From: Actinomycetes bacterium
GTDB lineage: Bacteria > Actinomycetota > Acidimicrobiia > Acidimicrobiales > JAKAOS01
Reading direction: 5' to 3'
Assembly (NCBI GenBank): GCA_021791675.1
Contig: JAJYWE010000004.1
Location: forward strand, 28,054 to 92,053
Length of the DNA stretch: 64,000 nt
A model generated the notes under the pieces. That model ran no database searches. It was not told where the DNA came from and saw only the letters and a list, made by a program, of their open reading frames with translations. Of this stretch, positions 53,230 to 62,663 are shown piece after piece (within the stretch, counting starts at the first letter, position 1; the number at the start of each line of letters is the position of its first letter). A program made the position numbers and the translations under genes.

Positions 53230-53303
53230 CGCCCCCGGCAGGACTCGAACCTGCGACCCGCTGCTTAGAAGGCAGCCGCTCTGTCCAGCTGAGCTACAGG
53301 GGC
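53230..53303 (-). tRNA. tRNA-Arg (anticodon UCU)
   Basis: Hand-folded cloverleaf: acceptor GCCCCTG/CGGGGGC, D arm GCTC/GAGC, anticodon arm GCTGC-CTTCTAA-GCAGC, T arm GCAGG-TTCGAGT-CCTGC. No encoded CCA. Confidence 0.9.
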
Positions 53304-53592
53304 GGGCTCCGTCACGCTACTGCCGCCCGTCCGGTTTTCCAGGGCACCCCCTCTGGCGCTTCGGCCGGCGTACAGAGGGACCAGCGGGAGGGAAGGGGTC
53401 GCCGGGCACGCCGGGGGGCGACGGTCGGCGGCGCTCCCCCAGCGGGCACACCCTCCCGCCGGCACACCCCGCGCCGGCGTCTCCGCCGCTGCAGAGGCGC
53501 TCGGGCAGGCATCTTGCCTCCCGGCACCCGTCCCGGGTAACGAACGCGGAGCCCGCCGCCGGCACGCCTTGCTAGCCTGAGTGCTCGCACAT

Positions 53593-53667
53593 GGTGGCCG
53601 TAGCTCAGTCGGTTAGAGCGCCAGGTTGTGGCCCTGGAGGTCGGGGGTTCAAGTCCCCTCGGTCACC
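53593..53667 (+). tRNA. tRNA-His (anticodon GUG) with encoded G-1
   Basis: Acceptor GTGGCCG/CGGTCAC, anticodon loop TTGTGGC, T loop TTCAAGT, extra 5' G. Confidence 0.9.
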
Positions 53668-53715
53668 CCGACTCCGCGGAGCCGGCGCGCGCTGCGCTGG
53701 GTAGGCTCCCCGCTG

Positions 53716-53787
53716 GCGCCTCTAGCTCAACGGCAGAGCAACGGACTCTTAATCCGCAGGTTCTGGGTTCGAATCCCAGGGGGCGCA
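53716..53787 (+). tRNA. tRNA-Lys (anticodon CUU)
   Basis: Acceptor GCGCCTC/GGGGCGC, anticodon loop CTCTTAA, T arm CTGGG-TTCGAAT-CCCAG. Confidence 0.9.
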
Positions 53788-54231
53788 CCGAGGCTTCGAC
53801 CGGGCCGGTCGTTCGCTGCAGCTCGTTCCACGCTTCGGGCCCCGTCGGTGAAGCGCGCGGAGCGCACACGTGACGCTGTCCCCCAGACCAGAGCACCCCA
53901 ACGAGATCCCGATGGTGCCGGGGGCGTCGGACCGGAATGAGGAGGAACAGGCTCGGTCGGCGCGCTGGCCCGTAACCCGGCGGGAGAGTGCCCTCCGACG
54001 CGGCGCCGCTCGAGGTAAGGCACCGGGTCGAGCAACAGGAGCCAGGGCCGCCGCCGGGTCGGCCTCGAAGCGCCAGCTCGGCCATACGGTCGGGCCAGAG
54101 GCTCGGGAACGGGCAAGCGGAGCCCGCCCCACCGCCGGGGCCGCCCTCCGGTGACGCAGAGCCGGACCAGAGACGCGAGGCTGGGCCTGTCGGGCAAGAG
54201 CTGGTGAGGACGAGAGAGGAGACGGTCACCG

Positions 54232-55452
54232 GTGGACCACCAAGAGACGCTCGCACCGACCGCCGGCCCGGCTGCTGCCACGGCCACAGCCAGCCAGTTG
54301 CGATTCGAACCGCCCGGTCGCGTCGTCATGATCGGCGCCGGACAGCTCGCCCGCATGAGCCACCAGGCAGCGGTCGACTACGGGCTCGACTTCCACGTGC
54401 TGGCCGGGGCTCCCGACGAGCCGGCGGCAGCCGCTGGCGCACCCTTCACGCTCGGTGACCACGCCTCCTTCGACGATCTCCTCCGTGCGGCTAGCCAAGG
54501 GGATGTCGTCACCTTCGACCACGAGCTGGTCCCCCAGGACCTCCTCCGTCGCCTGGAGGCGGCGGGGCACAGCGTGCGCCCCGGTGCGGACGCACTCGCC
54601 TTCGCCCAGGACAAGCTGCACAGCCGCCACCAGCTCGCAGCGCTCGCATCCCCCCGGGTGCCCCTTCCCGCCTTCACGGCCGTCCGCCGGCTTGCCGATG
54701 TCGACGCCTTTGCCGCGGACCACGGTTGGCCGCTCGTGCTCAAGGCACGCGGCGGCGGCTACGACGGCCGGGGTGTCCACCTGCTGACATCTCGACGCGC
54801 CGCAGAGGCGATCCTCGGCGACCCCGAGGGGAGCGCCGAGCCCTCGTGGGTCCTGGAGGAGCACCTCGACCTCGCGGCCGAGCTCGCCGTGGTCGTCGCC
54901 CGGCGTCCCTCGGGCGAGACTGCGACCTACCCCCCGATCGAGACGCGCCAGGAGAACGGGATGTGCCACGAGCTCGTGATGCCGGCGCGGCTGCCCGAGG
55001 CCGTTGCGAGCGAAGCGGTCCGCCTCGCGGAGTCGATCGCCGTCCACATCGGCGCAACCGGCCTGTGCGCCGTCGAGCTCTTCTGGACCACCGACGGCCG
55101 GCTGCTCCTCAACGAGCTCGCGCTCCGGCCGCACAACTCGGGCCACGCCACCATCGAGGGCTGCGCCACCTCCCAGTTCCACCAGCACCTACGGGCCGTG
55201 CTGGACTGGCCGCTCGGCTCGACGGCGCTCGTCCGTCCCGCCGCCATGGTCAACGTCGTCGGCGGCGCCGGCCCGTCGGAGCTCGCCAGCAGGCTGCCCC
55301 GAGCGCTCGCCGTGCCCGGCGCCCACGTCCACCTCTACGGAAAGGCCCCCCGGCCCGGGAGGAAGCTCGGGCACGTCACGGCACTCGGCTCGGACGCCGA
55401 CGAGGCACTCGACACTGCAAGGGCAGCTGCATCCCTGCTCAGCGCCCCCTGA
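54232..55452 (+). CDS. purK: N5-carboxyaminoimidazole ribonucleotide synthase
   Basis: [13 protein letters not shown]-terminus, ATP-grasp body, C-terminal [11 protein letters not shown]. Start codon uncertain. Confidence 0.85.
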   Translation: MDHQETLAPTAGPAAATATASQLRFEPPGRVVMIGAGQLARMSHQAAVDYGLDFHVLAGAPDEPAAAAGAPFTLGDHASFDDLLRAASQGDVVTFDHELVPQDLLRRLEAAGHSVRPGADALAFAQDKLHSRHQLAALASPRVPLPAFTAVRRLADVDAFAADHGWPLVLKARGGGYDGRGVHLLTSRRAAEAILGDPEGSAEPSWVLEEHLDLAAELAVVVARRPSGETATYPPIETRQENGMCHELVMPARLPEAVASEAVRLAESIAVHIGATGLCAVELFWTTDGRLLLNELALRPHNSGHATIEGCATSQFHQHLRAVLDWPLGSTALVRPAAMVNVVGGAGPSELASRLPRALAVPGAHVHLYGKAPRPGRKLGHVTALGSDADEALDTARAAASLLSAP

Positions 55453-55639
55453 CGCGACCGCCGGCCACCCTCGACTCTCGCCGTCCTCCAGGCGCGCGCC
55501 CCCTATCCCCCACCTGCCACCCCGACCCGCCATCCAGCCTCGCTCCCCCACGCCGACCAGCCACCGCCACCTCGGCGCCCGGCCGAACGGCAGCGGTGCC
55601 ACCCTGCCCCACCAGCCCACCACGGCTAACATCCGGCGG

Positions 55640-56188
55640 GTGCATCCCTCCCGACGCCTGCCCGCCGGGCCGCCCCGAGTCGGTGTCGTGATGGGGAGCG
55701 ACTCCGATCTCCAGGTCATGCATGCGGCAGCGGAGACACTCGACGAGCTCGGCATCCGACACGAGGTCCGCGTGGTCTCGGCCCACCGGACGCCGGACGA
55801 CATGCTGGCCTACGGCCGGAGCGCCCGGGATCGCGGCCTCGAGGTGATCGTCGCCGGCGCTGGCGGTGCCGCCCACCTGCCGGGGATGCTCGCAGCCACC
55901 ACCACCCTCCCGGTGATCGGCGTCCCGATCCCACTTCGCTACCTGGACGGGCTCGACTCCCTGCTCTCGATCGTGCAGATGCCGAACGGGGTGCCCGTCG
56001 CCACCGTCGCGATCGGTGGCGCCCGCAACGCCGCCCTCCTCGCAGCCCGCATCCTCGCGCTCGGAGACCCCGCACTCGCAGCCGCCCTCACCGAGCTCTC
56101 CGGCACGATGGCGGCCACCTCACGAGCCAAGAACGAGCACCTCACCGTGCCGACGCCCGGCGCCAGCAAGACCGGCGAGCCCGGCTGA
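55640..56188 (+). CDS. purE: N5-CAIR mutase
   Basis: [14 protein letters not shown]...[10 protein letters not shown]...[13 protein letters not shown]...PVIGVP signature. Embedded in track ORF 55004..56188; GTG at 55640 or ATG at 55691. Confidence 0.85.
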   Translation: MHPSRRLPAGPPRVGVVMGSDSDLQVMHAAAETLDELGIRHEVRVVSAHRTPDDMLAYGRSARDRGLEVIVAGAGGAAHLPGMLAATTTLPVIGVPIPLRYLDGLDSLLSIVQMPNGVPVATVAIGGARNAALLAARILALGDPALAAALTELSGTMAATSRAKNEHLTVPTPGASKTGEPG

Positions 56189-56312
56189 CCGCCTGCCTGT
56201 CGGCCCCTACCAGCACCTTGGTCAGTCGATCCGCAGCTGGCGAGCGGACCTGTCCCGGCTGCCCGCCTCCGCTCCGCTTGCCGACCCTGTCCCGGCTGCC
56301 CCCCCTACCTGG

Positions 56313-58142
56313 TCAGTCGTAACTGGCCTCGACGGCCCACTGCCCTCGCTCCAGCACCAGCAGGTGCGCGCTCCCGTCCTCCAAGAGCACCTGGAGCCGG
56401 GCGACCCGACGACGCCCCGTTGCGTCCCACCACCGCTCGTCGACCGGCCAGGGACCCGCCCACCAGGTGATCGCTGCTGACTGGCCTGCCCCGAGCTTCC
56501 CGGTGTCAGACCGGCCTGCCCCGAGCTTCCCGGTGTCAGACCGGCCTGCCCCGAGCTTCCCGGTGTCGGACCGCTCCGGCTGGATCCCGCCCACCTCAGG
56601 CTGCCCCGCCCCCGCCCCCGCTCCCGGCGGGGGACCCCCCCGTCGGAGGGTCGCAGGCTGCCCGCAGAGCTGTCCCCGGCCATCCACACCCACCGCTACG
56701 CCCTGGCTCCCGAGGAGCTCGACCGGGAGTGGGGTCGGGTGGACGAGCGCCGGCGAGGGAGGAGGGAGCTCGCCCGGCCAGGGCCGATTGGGGGGTTGCG
56801 CCGGCTCGCGCGGCTCCCCCCAGGGCACCAGGCGAACCTGTTCGGCAGGCCCCCTCCCGCCCGAGCGCACGGCCGTGCAGACCGCCTCCGGTCCGAGCAT
56901 CCCCTGGACCCGAGCCAGTGCTCGCTCGGCACGGCGATCCGCCTCGGCGTCGCCTCCCCAGAGCCCGGGCTGGCGTCCTCCCGACCGCTCGAGCTCTTCT
57001 GCCGCGAGGCGGAGGAGGACGAGGCCCGCCGTCGGCGAGGCGGGGCCCGATCCTGTGAGCCAGCTCTCCAGCTGCCAGCGCACCCGCTCCACCAGTGGCT
57101 CCACCGAGAACGGACGATCGTGCCGCCAGCGCCGGACACATCGCTCGGCGTTGTCGGTCTCGACCTCGACCCGCACCCCCCGACAGGCGAGCCCGTGCTC
57201 GGACAGGCGACCGTACAGCTCGACGGCGAGCGAGCGCGCCACGAACGCCGCCCGGTCGACCTGGTCCACGGGAGGGTCCAGCTCGGTCCACACCTCCAGA
57301 TCCGGCGGGATCGCCGCTGGAGCCAGGCCAGCTCGATCCTCACCACGAGCGAGGCGCCGGGCAGTCTCCCCGTCAGGGCCGAACCGTTCCCGTACCGCAC
57401 GCTCGTCCAGTGCCGCCAGCTGGCCGAGCGTACGGATGCCGAGACGCTCGAGGACGTCGCAGAGCTCCGGGCGCTCGAGCGAGCGAACCGGGAGTGGGGC
57501 GAGGAAGCGAGCGGCTGCGCCCGGTGGGACGACCAGACTCCCCGGCCCGCCGTCCCCCGCCAGCTCGGCGTTCGCCACCGGCCCACCAACCCTCACCGAG
57601 CCGGCACCGCCCTTCACCGAGCCGGCACCGCCCTTCACCGAGCTACCAGCATCCCTCGCTGACTTGCCGTCCCCCGCCAGCGTGGCCGCCAGCCGAGCGG
57701 CGAACGGCCCTTCGGCCACGCCGATCCGCCACCAGGGTGGCTCCTCGATCCAACCCTGCCGTCGTCCGACGGCCCGGAGGATCTCACCGACCCGAACGAC
57801 CAGCGCATGGTCCCCGCCGAAGTACCGGGACGGGCCTCTCGTGGCGAAGGCGGCGAGGCCGGGGTGGCTCACCTCGACCTCGGGGCAGATCTCCCCGAGC
57901 GCAGCGACCACCCGCTCGAAGGCAGCCAGCTCCATGGTCAGGTTGCGGCGGAGCAGCTGCGCGCCCGGACTGCGGCGTTGGGCCTCGCGCCGGCGCTGGC
58001 CCTCCGTCACCCCGTCCGCTCGCGCCGCAGCCGAGGCCGCGACGACCCGGTTCCCCACCAGCACGATGGCCGGGACTGCGGGGGCGACGCCAGCAACGGT
58101 CACCGCCCAGTCGGGACACCAGACGGTGAGGGTCCGCACCAC
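56313..58142 (-). CDS. imuB: Y-family polymerase-like protein (ImuB-like)
   Basis: VRTLTVWCPDWAVT N-terminus and overall ImuB-like architecture. A Cheo-type LexA box lies 15 nt upstream. Confidence 0.75.
   Translation of the reverse strand: MVRTLTVWCPDWAVTVAGVAPAVPAIVLVGNRVVAASAAARADGVTEGQRRREAQRRSPGAQLLRRNLTMELAAFERVVAALGEICPEVEVSHPGLAAFATRGPSRYFGGDHALVVRVGEILRAVGRRQGWIEEPPWWRIGVAEGPFAARLAATLAGDGKSARDAGSSVKGGAGSVKGGAGSVRVGGPVANAELAGDGGPGSLVVPPGAAARFLAPLPVRSLERPELCDVLERLGIRTLGQLAALDERAVRERFGPDGETARRLARGEDRAGLAPAAIPPDLEVWTELDPPVDQVDRAAFVARSLAVELYGRLSEHGLACRGVRVEVETDNAERCVRRWRHDRPFSVEPLVERVRWQLESWLTGSGPASPTAGLVLLRLAAEELERSGGRQPGLWGGDAEADRRAERALARVQGMLGPEAVCTAVRSGGRGPAEQVRLVPWGEPREPAQPPNRPWPGELPPPSPALVHPTPLPVELLGSQGVAVGVDGRGQLCGQPATLRRGGPPPGAGAGAGQPEVGGIQPERSDTGKLGAGRSDTGKLGAGRSDTGKLGAGQSAAITWWAGPWPVDERWWDATGRRRVARLQVLLEDGSAHLLVLERGQWAVEASYD
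56483..56572 (-). repeat. 30-bp x3 in-frame tandem repeat inside the imuB-like gene
   Basis: GGCCTGCCCCGAGCTTCCCGGTGTCAGACC x3 (one mismatch); encodes the repeated SDTGKLGAGR. Confidence 0.85.
57594..57642 (-). repeat. 21-bp x2.3 in-frame tandem repeat inside the imuB-like gene
   Basis: CACCGAGCCGGCACCGCCCTT repeated; encodes SVKGGAG units. Confidence 0.8.
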
Positions 58143-58156
58143 AGCCCCATGCTATG

Positions 58157-58171
58157 CGAACACCTGTTCGA
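58157..58171 (-). promoter_or_regulatory. LexA (SOS/Cheo) box
   Basis: CGAACACCTGTTCGA fits the Gram-positive/actinobacterial consensus CGAAC-N4-GTTCG. It lies immediately upstream of the imuB-like start. Confidence 0.7.
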
Positions 58172-58233
58172 CTGCATTCGGCCAGACGCTCGTTTGGTTC
58201 CACCCGAAACGTCGGGCGAGCTGCACTCCAGGC

Positions 58234-58600
58234 TCAGATGGGTTGCGATCGAGAGGTCGCGAGCGCTGCCACGAACGCCCGCACCCAGTCGGGCTCAGTG
58301 CGCGCGTAGTCGCGGAGGGCCCAGCCCATGGCCTTGCGGATGAAGAAGCCCCCGCCGGAGCCGGCGGGTGCGTCCTGGCTGACGCCCTCGTCACGGCCCG
58401 AACCGAGGGGACCGGGACACCGAGGTACGGCATGTCCGACTTCATGTAGTCCTGCATCCTCGGCGCGCGGACCGGTTCCGCGGCGCGCTGCAGGCCTGCC
58501 CGGACGGCCTCGACCAACCGGGCGCTTTCCTCCGCGGAAGCTGCTGACGATGGAGATGACGACCGCCGCACCTGCCGACTCCTCACGACCCAGCAATCGA
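58234..58600 (-). pseudogene. remnant of a DNA alkylation repair (AlkD-like HEAT) gene
   Basis: N-terminal-like RAPRMQDYMKSDMPYLGVPVPSVRAV in one frame and C-terminal-like FFIRKAMGWALRDYARTEPDWVRAFV in another. The central region is missing. Confidence 0.45.
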
Positions 58601-58683
58601 CGCGACGACTACGAGCAGGTGCTCTCCGACCACTCCCTGCTGCACTCACCCTCGGAGGGCAGCCGTGGTGATCACCGGAGTGC

Positions 58684-58900
58684 TCATCTCGCTCGCAGGC
58701 CCAGGCCGATCCCGAAACCGAAGAGAACGGCAGCCGTGATGCCGTCGATCAGGCGTCGGGCCGAGCGGCGGTCGACCCAGTGACGAAGGGACCGGGCGCC
58801 GAAGATGACCCCGCTGAACCAGACGATGCTCTCGCCGTCGTGGACGAGTGCGAGGAGGAGCCCGACCGCAAGGTGCGGCGCGTGGACGGGGATGAACTGG
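58684..58900 (-). pseudogene. LysE-family translocator, 3' fragment
   Basis: FIPVHAPHLAVGLLLALVHDGESIVWF...IDGITAAVLFGFGIGLGL. It joins in frame to 63445 after removal of the transposon and one ACTGG copy. Confidence 0.8.
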
Positions 58901-59152
58901 TGTTGAGCGCCAGCCTGTTTGAAGATGGCGACGGCGCCCGGGGTGAGCACGGGGGTTGCGCACGACCGAACGACCGAAGTGGGTTGGGGCGAGAGGCGCA
59001 AGGCGCGTTGAAGGACCGGGTGGCGGTGCCGCCCGGTTCGGGGGTCGACTGGGGGGGTCGGTGACGGGCTGTGCGGCGTCGGCCTCGAGTCCGAGCGCCG
59101 CGCGTCGGTCCGTGAGGGACGGGCCTGCGGGCCGCCCTTCGCCCCGCCTCGT

Positions 59153-60481
59153 TCAGCTGGGGGCGAGAGGCGGTGCTGCGGTCCAGGTCCGCGCCGGGCG
59201 TCCACCGGTGGCGGTGTCGACGTGGAGGTGGGCTCGGCCGCCGGAGGCGAGCTCGGCGAGCGCGCGGTCGATGTCGGCGCCGGGGGCGTTGCGTCCGAGG
59301 GTGTCTCGGATCTGGGTCCGGGTGAGGCCTCGGGCTCCGGCGGCGGTGAGGGCGTCGGCGATGCGATCTGCGATGGGTCCGGCGTTCGCCCGCTCACCGG
59401 CCCAGGTGGCTGAGCGCGCTGCGTAGGCCCACAGGGCGAGCCCGGCGCGCAGGTGGGTCGTCGCGATCGTGCGGGCGCCGTCGGTGAGGGCGTAGAGCAG
59501 CGCCAGGCGCACGCTGTGGGCTTCGCCTCTGGCGACGAGTGCACCGCCAGGTCCGGGGGAGGCGGCCGAGAGGGTCGGGTAGATGTCCCACCATGTCTTT
59601 CGTGCGGCGGGGCTGAATCGCAGGCGTCCGGCACTTCTCGCGGTGGCGAGGTTGATCGCGAGCCGCTCGGGCAGGCCGGTGCCGGCAAGGGGGTTGGGGT
59701 GGCCGCCTTCGGGCAGGAGTCGAGCCCGTCGGCACGCGATGAGCAAGAACCGGTTCAACAGCCCGTTCGCGGTCTCGAGGCCGGCGACGTGGTGGGCGAG
59801 CTCGGCTGCGGTGATGTGGCCGATGACCGCGAGGTGGGCCGCTCGGGCCCGGGCGGGGGCGGTGCGGGTGAGCAGGGCGAGAGGTCGCCCGTCCCAGGCG
59901 GAGCGCAGCACCGGCGAGAGGGTGTTGACGTCTCTGGCGGTCATCTTGAGCACCGACGCGAACTCGGCCTCGACGACGAGCAGGCGGGGATCGGGAGCGC
60001 CGGGGTCTGTGCCGTCGGGATCGCGGAGTGCCCATACGAGCCCCTCGCCTGAGCTCAGCCCCGTCGAGGTCCGGGTGACAAAGCCGGGGTCGGCGCCGTC
60101 CATGAGCCGGGCGACGTGGTCCCACGAGGACCCTTTGCGCGCCTTCGCGGACTCGCCGACGAGCAGCAGGTACTCGTTCGGGTGATGCAGCGTCGCTTCG
60201 ACGGCGAAGTGGGCGCCGCGGCCGATCGTGGCACCGGCGGCGACGAGGGTCTGGGCCAAGATGGCGACGGGGTCGGCCTCGGTGTGAGGAGCGAGAGCGG
60301 CGACGATGTCGCCCATCAGACCGCTGTAGGCATCGGGCCCGGGAGCCTCGGGCCATCCCGGCGGTGGTGGCTCCACCGCCAGGGAGGCGGGGAGCTCGAC
60401 CCCCCGCGCTGGCTTCGGTGGTCGGGGATCGCCCTCGGGGGCGAACAGGCCGGCCTGGTCCTGCCTCGCAGCGCTCAGCAC
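59153..60481 (-). CDS. transposon third gene; resembles the DUF3987/YfjI family as I recall it
   Basis: Track ORF 59153..61357 trimmed to GTG at 60481. HHPNEYLLLVGESAKARKGSSWDHV and LLVVEAEFASVLK motifs. Confidence 0.5.
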   Translation of the reverse strand: MLSAARQDQAGLFAPEGDPRPPKPARGVELPASLAVEPPPPGWPEAPGPDAYSGLMGDIVAALAPHTEADPVAILAQTLVAAGATIGRGAHFAVEATLHHPNEYLLLVGESAKARKGSSWDHVARLMDGADPGFVTRTSTGLSSGEGLVWALRDPDGTDPGAPDPRLLVVEAEFASVLKMTARDVNTLSPVLRSAWDGRPLALLTRTAPARARAAHLAVIGHITAAELAHHVAGLETANGLLNRFLLIACRRARLLPEGGHPNPLAGTGLPERLAINLATARSAGRLRFSPAARKTWWDIYPTLSAASPGPGGALVARGEAHSVRLALLYALTDGARTIATTHLRAGLALWAYAARSATWAGERANAGPIADRIADALTAAGARGLTRTQIRDTLGRNAPGADIDRALAELASGGRAHLHVDTATGGRPARTWTAAPPLAPS

Positions 60482-61296
60482 TCGGTCACCTCCGCGACCG
60501 CCGCCCGCACGGCGGACTCGTCGACGATGGCCTTGTGCTCGGCCCACGCGGCGATGAGCGCCTGGACGGCCAGGTTGTTCACCATCCGGGGAAGTCCCCG
60601 GCTCACCTGGTGGGCCAACGCGATCGCGTCGTCGGAGAACAAGGTGTCGGCGCGCCCGGCGAGGGCCAGGTGATGGGCGACATAAGCCCCGGTTTCGCTC
60701 GCCTCGAGGCCCGACATGGCGTAGCGCAGCCCCACGCGCTGATCGAGCGCGGCGAAAGCCCCGAGTCGCAGACGCCGTCGCAGGGCCGGCTGACCCAACA
60801 GGATGAGCGCGAAGGGAGCGACCGAGTCCATGTGGGCGTTCGACAGGCAGCGCAGCCCTTCGAGGGTCTCCGCGTCGAGCAGGTGTGCCTCGTCGATCAC
60901 GACCGTGACCTTCTTCCCCCGCTCCTCGGACTCCGCGGCCAAGAGGTCCTGGGTCTGGGGGATCAGCGACGCGGAGTGGAACCTGGGGGTGGCGCCGAGA
61001 GCGGCGGTGATCGCCGCGTACATGCCCCGCAGGCCAACTCCGGGGGTGCCGAGGTAGATGGTGGTGTGGCGTGACCCGTCCAAGGCAGCGAGCGCGGCCC
61101 GCGCCGCGACGGTCTTGCCCGATCCGCACTCGCCGGTGACCACGCCGATGGCGGACTCCGCGACGCACCAACCGATGCGGGCCGTGGCCTCTGCGTGGCA
61201 GCGATAGCCGTGCAGCATGCCCGGCGCCAGGTCCTTGCCGAAGGGCATGCGGGTTCCGAAGCCATAGTGGGCTCGCAGCCCGTCGATCCCGCTCAC
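60475..61296 (-). CDS. TniB/ExeA-like AAA+ ATPase
   Basis: GTG at 61296 (GTGA overlap). Walker A VTGECGSGKTVAA, Walker B VTVVIDEAHLL. Confidence 0.8.
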   Translation of the reverse strand: MSGIDGLRAHYGFGTRMPFGKDLAPGMLHGYRCHAEATARIGWCVAESAIGVVTGECGSGKTVAARAALAALDGSRHTTIYLGTPGVGLRGMYAAITAALGATPRFHSASLIPQTQDLLAAESEERGKKVTVVIDEAHLLDAETLEGLRCLSNAHMDSVAPFALILLGQPALRRRLRLGAFAALDQRVGLRYAMSGLEASETGAYVAHHLALAGRADTLFSDDAIALAHQVSRGLPRMVNNLAVQALIAAWAEHKAIVDESAVRAAVAEVTEC

Positions 61297-62621
61297 GAGC
61301 TGACCTCCTCGGTGTCGTCGCCGCGGGTGAGGTCGGCGAAGTGGACGCGTCTGGCACCGGTCTCGGCCGCCCTGCGGGCAGCGACGAGGCTCAGGTAGTC
61401 GATCCCGGTCGGCACCGCCACCGGGGGAGCTTCTGCGCGGGCCTTCGGGTGGGTGTGGCGGGAGATGCGCACCGGGACCGCGGCGCCCATCGACCGGTTC
61501 TCGAAGCGGACCTCGATGCTGGTGAGGTCGAACGGGTTGAAGACGAGATCGACGCGCCGGCCGACGAGCGCGGCGTCGACCTCGAAGCAGTTCCCGTGCA
61601 GCGACACGGTCGCGGTCTTGGTCACCGTGCGCGTCTCTGCCCACAGGAACGCCTCGTGGAGCTGGTCGCGCGACGGCAGCGCCGGGGGGCCGCCGGCCTC
61701 GAAGCGTTCCAGGGGGCTCTGGCCGGTCTCCGAGTGCACCCGGCGGTGATAGACCACCTCCACCCAGGCGCTGAAGAGGCTGTTCAACTCGGCCAGGCTG
61801 GCAACACCACGGGCCTCGACCTCGACGACGAACTGCGACCGCACGGTCCGGAAGAACCTCTCGATCTTGCCCTTCGTGGTGGCCGCTCGGGGCCGGGCGT
61901 GGATCAAGCGAACGCCGAGCACCGCGCACGCCCGGAGGAACGGCGCGGACACGAACGCGCTGCCGTTGTCGACAAGCACCGCCTTCGGCACGCCCCGGGC
62001 GGCGAGGCCAGGACGCAACGCCGACTCCAGACGGACCGTGTCCTCCGCGACCGTCCACAGGTAACCGGCCAGCAACCTCGAGTGATCGTCGATGAACGCC
62101 AGCAGATAGGACTTGCGGCCGGCGACGACCGGGCCGTGCATGGCATCGCCGGTCCAGAGATCGTTGCGGGCGGCCGCCTCGAAGCGCCCGTAGACCTTGG
62201 CAGGGGCGCCATCGGGGCGGGTGTTCAACCCGAGTCGGGCGAAGTGGCGCTGGATCGTCCGCTTCGAGCAGCCCCCCCGGCCGGACTCGGCCAGGATCTG
62301 GGCCACCAGGACCGCACTGCGCGCCGGTGCCTCGGTCTTCAGCGCCACCGCCAGATCGAGCACCTCGCCCGGCACACGGCGCACGCCCCTTCGAGGGGCC
62401 GGGACCAACGCGTCGAAGCCGCCCCGCCGATAGGCCCGGACCCAGCGATCCAGCGTGGAGCGCCCCACCCGGACCGTCTCGCCGCCCGGCCTGGCGTGGT
62501 CCATGGCTGCGAGCTCGCGCACCAGCGCACCCCGCTCCGCGGCGGACAGCCCCGGGTCCGCGGCCTCACGTATCAGCGAGTAGCGGAACAACCCGACGTC
62601 TCTTCGATGGCCATCTTCCAC
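61293..62621 (-). CDS. Mu/TniA-type DDE transposase (rve core)
   Basis: HTH region STLDRWVRAYRRGGFDAL; DDE core LWTGDAMHGP...VLVDNGSAF...KGKIERFF. Likely GTG at 62621 after AGGAGGAG; the track start is 62651. Confidence 0.8.
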   Translation of the reverse strand: MEDGHRRDVGLFRYSLIREAADPGLSAAERGALVRELAAMDHARPGGETVRVGRSTLDRWVRAYRRGGFDALVPAPRRGVRRVPGEVLDLAVALKTEAPARSAVLVAQILAESGRGGCSKRTIQRHFARLGLNTRPDGAPAKVYGRFEAAARNDLWTGDAMHGPVVAGRKSYLLAFIDDHSRLLAGYLWTVAEDTVRLESALRPGLAARGVPKAVLVDNGSAFVSAPFLRACAVLGVRLIHARPRAATTKGKIERFFRTVRSQFVVEVEARGVASLAELNSLFSAWVEVVYHRRVHSETGQSPLERFEAGGPPALPSRDQLHEAFLWAETRTVTKTATVSLHGNCFEVDAALVGRRVDLVFNPFDLTSIEVRFENRSMGAAVPVRISRHTHPKARAEAPPVAVPTGIDYLSLVAARRAAETGARRVHFADLTRGDDTEEVSS

Positions 62622-62663
62622 AGCTCCTCCTGTCCGAACGGTGAGGAGCACAGCCTCTCCGGC

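Larger units (their letters stand above)
25278..53273. mobile_element. Element B: AICE-like integrative (conjugative) element in tRNA-Arg(UCU)
   Basis: Perfect 43-bp direct repeats. int/xis at the tRNA-proximal end, GTGGCTACC-type arm repeats at both ends, FtsK-like translocase and primase-polymerase genes inside. Confidence 0.8.

Noticed and set aside
53304-54231. Track ORFs overlapping the tRNA-His/tRNA-Lys region (for example 53663-54256, 53727-54356)
   Set aside because: They overlap hand-folded tRNA genes or are Pro/Arg/Gly-rich with no motifs. The region is treated as intergenic.
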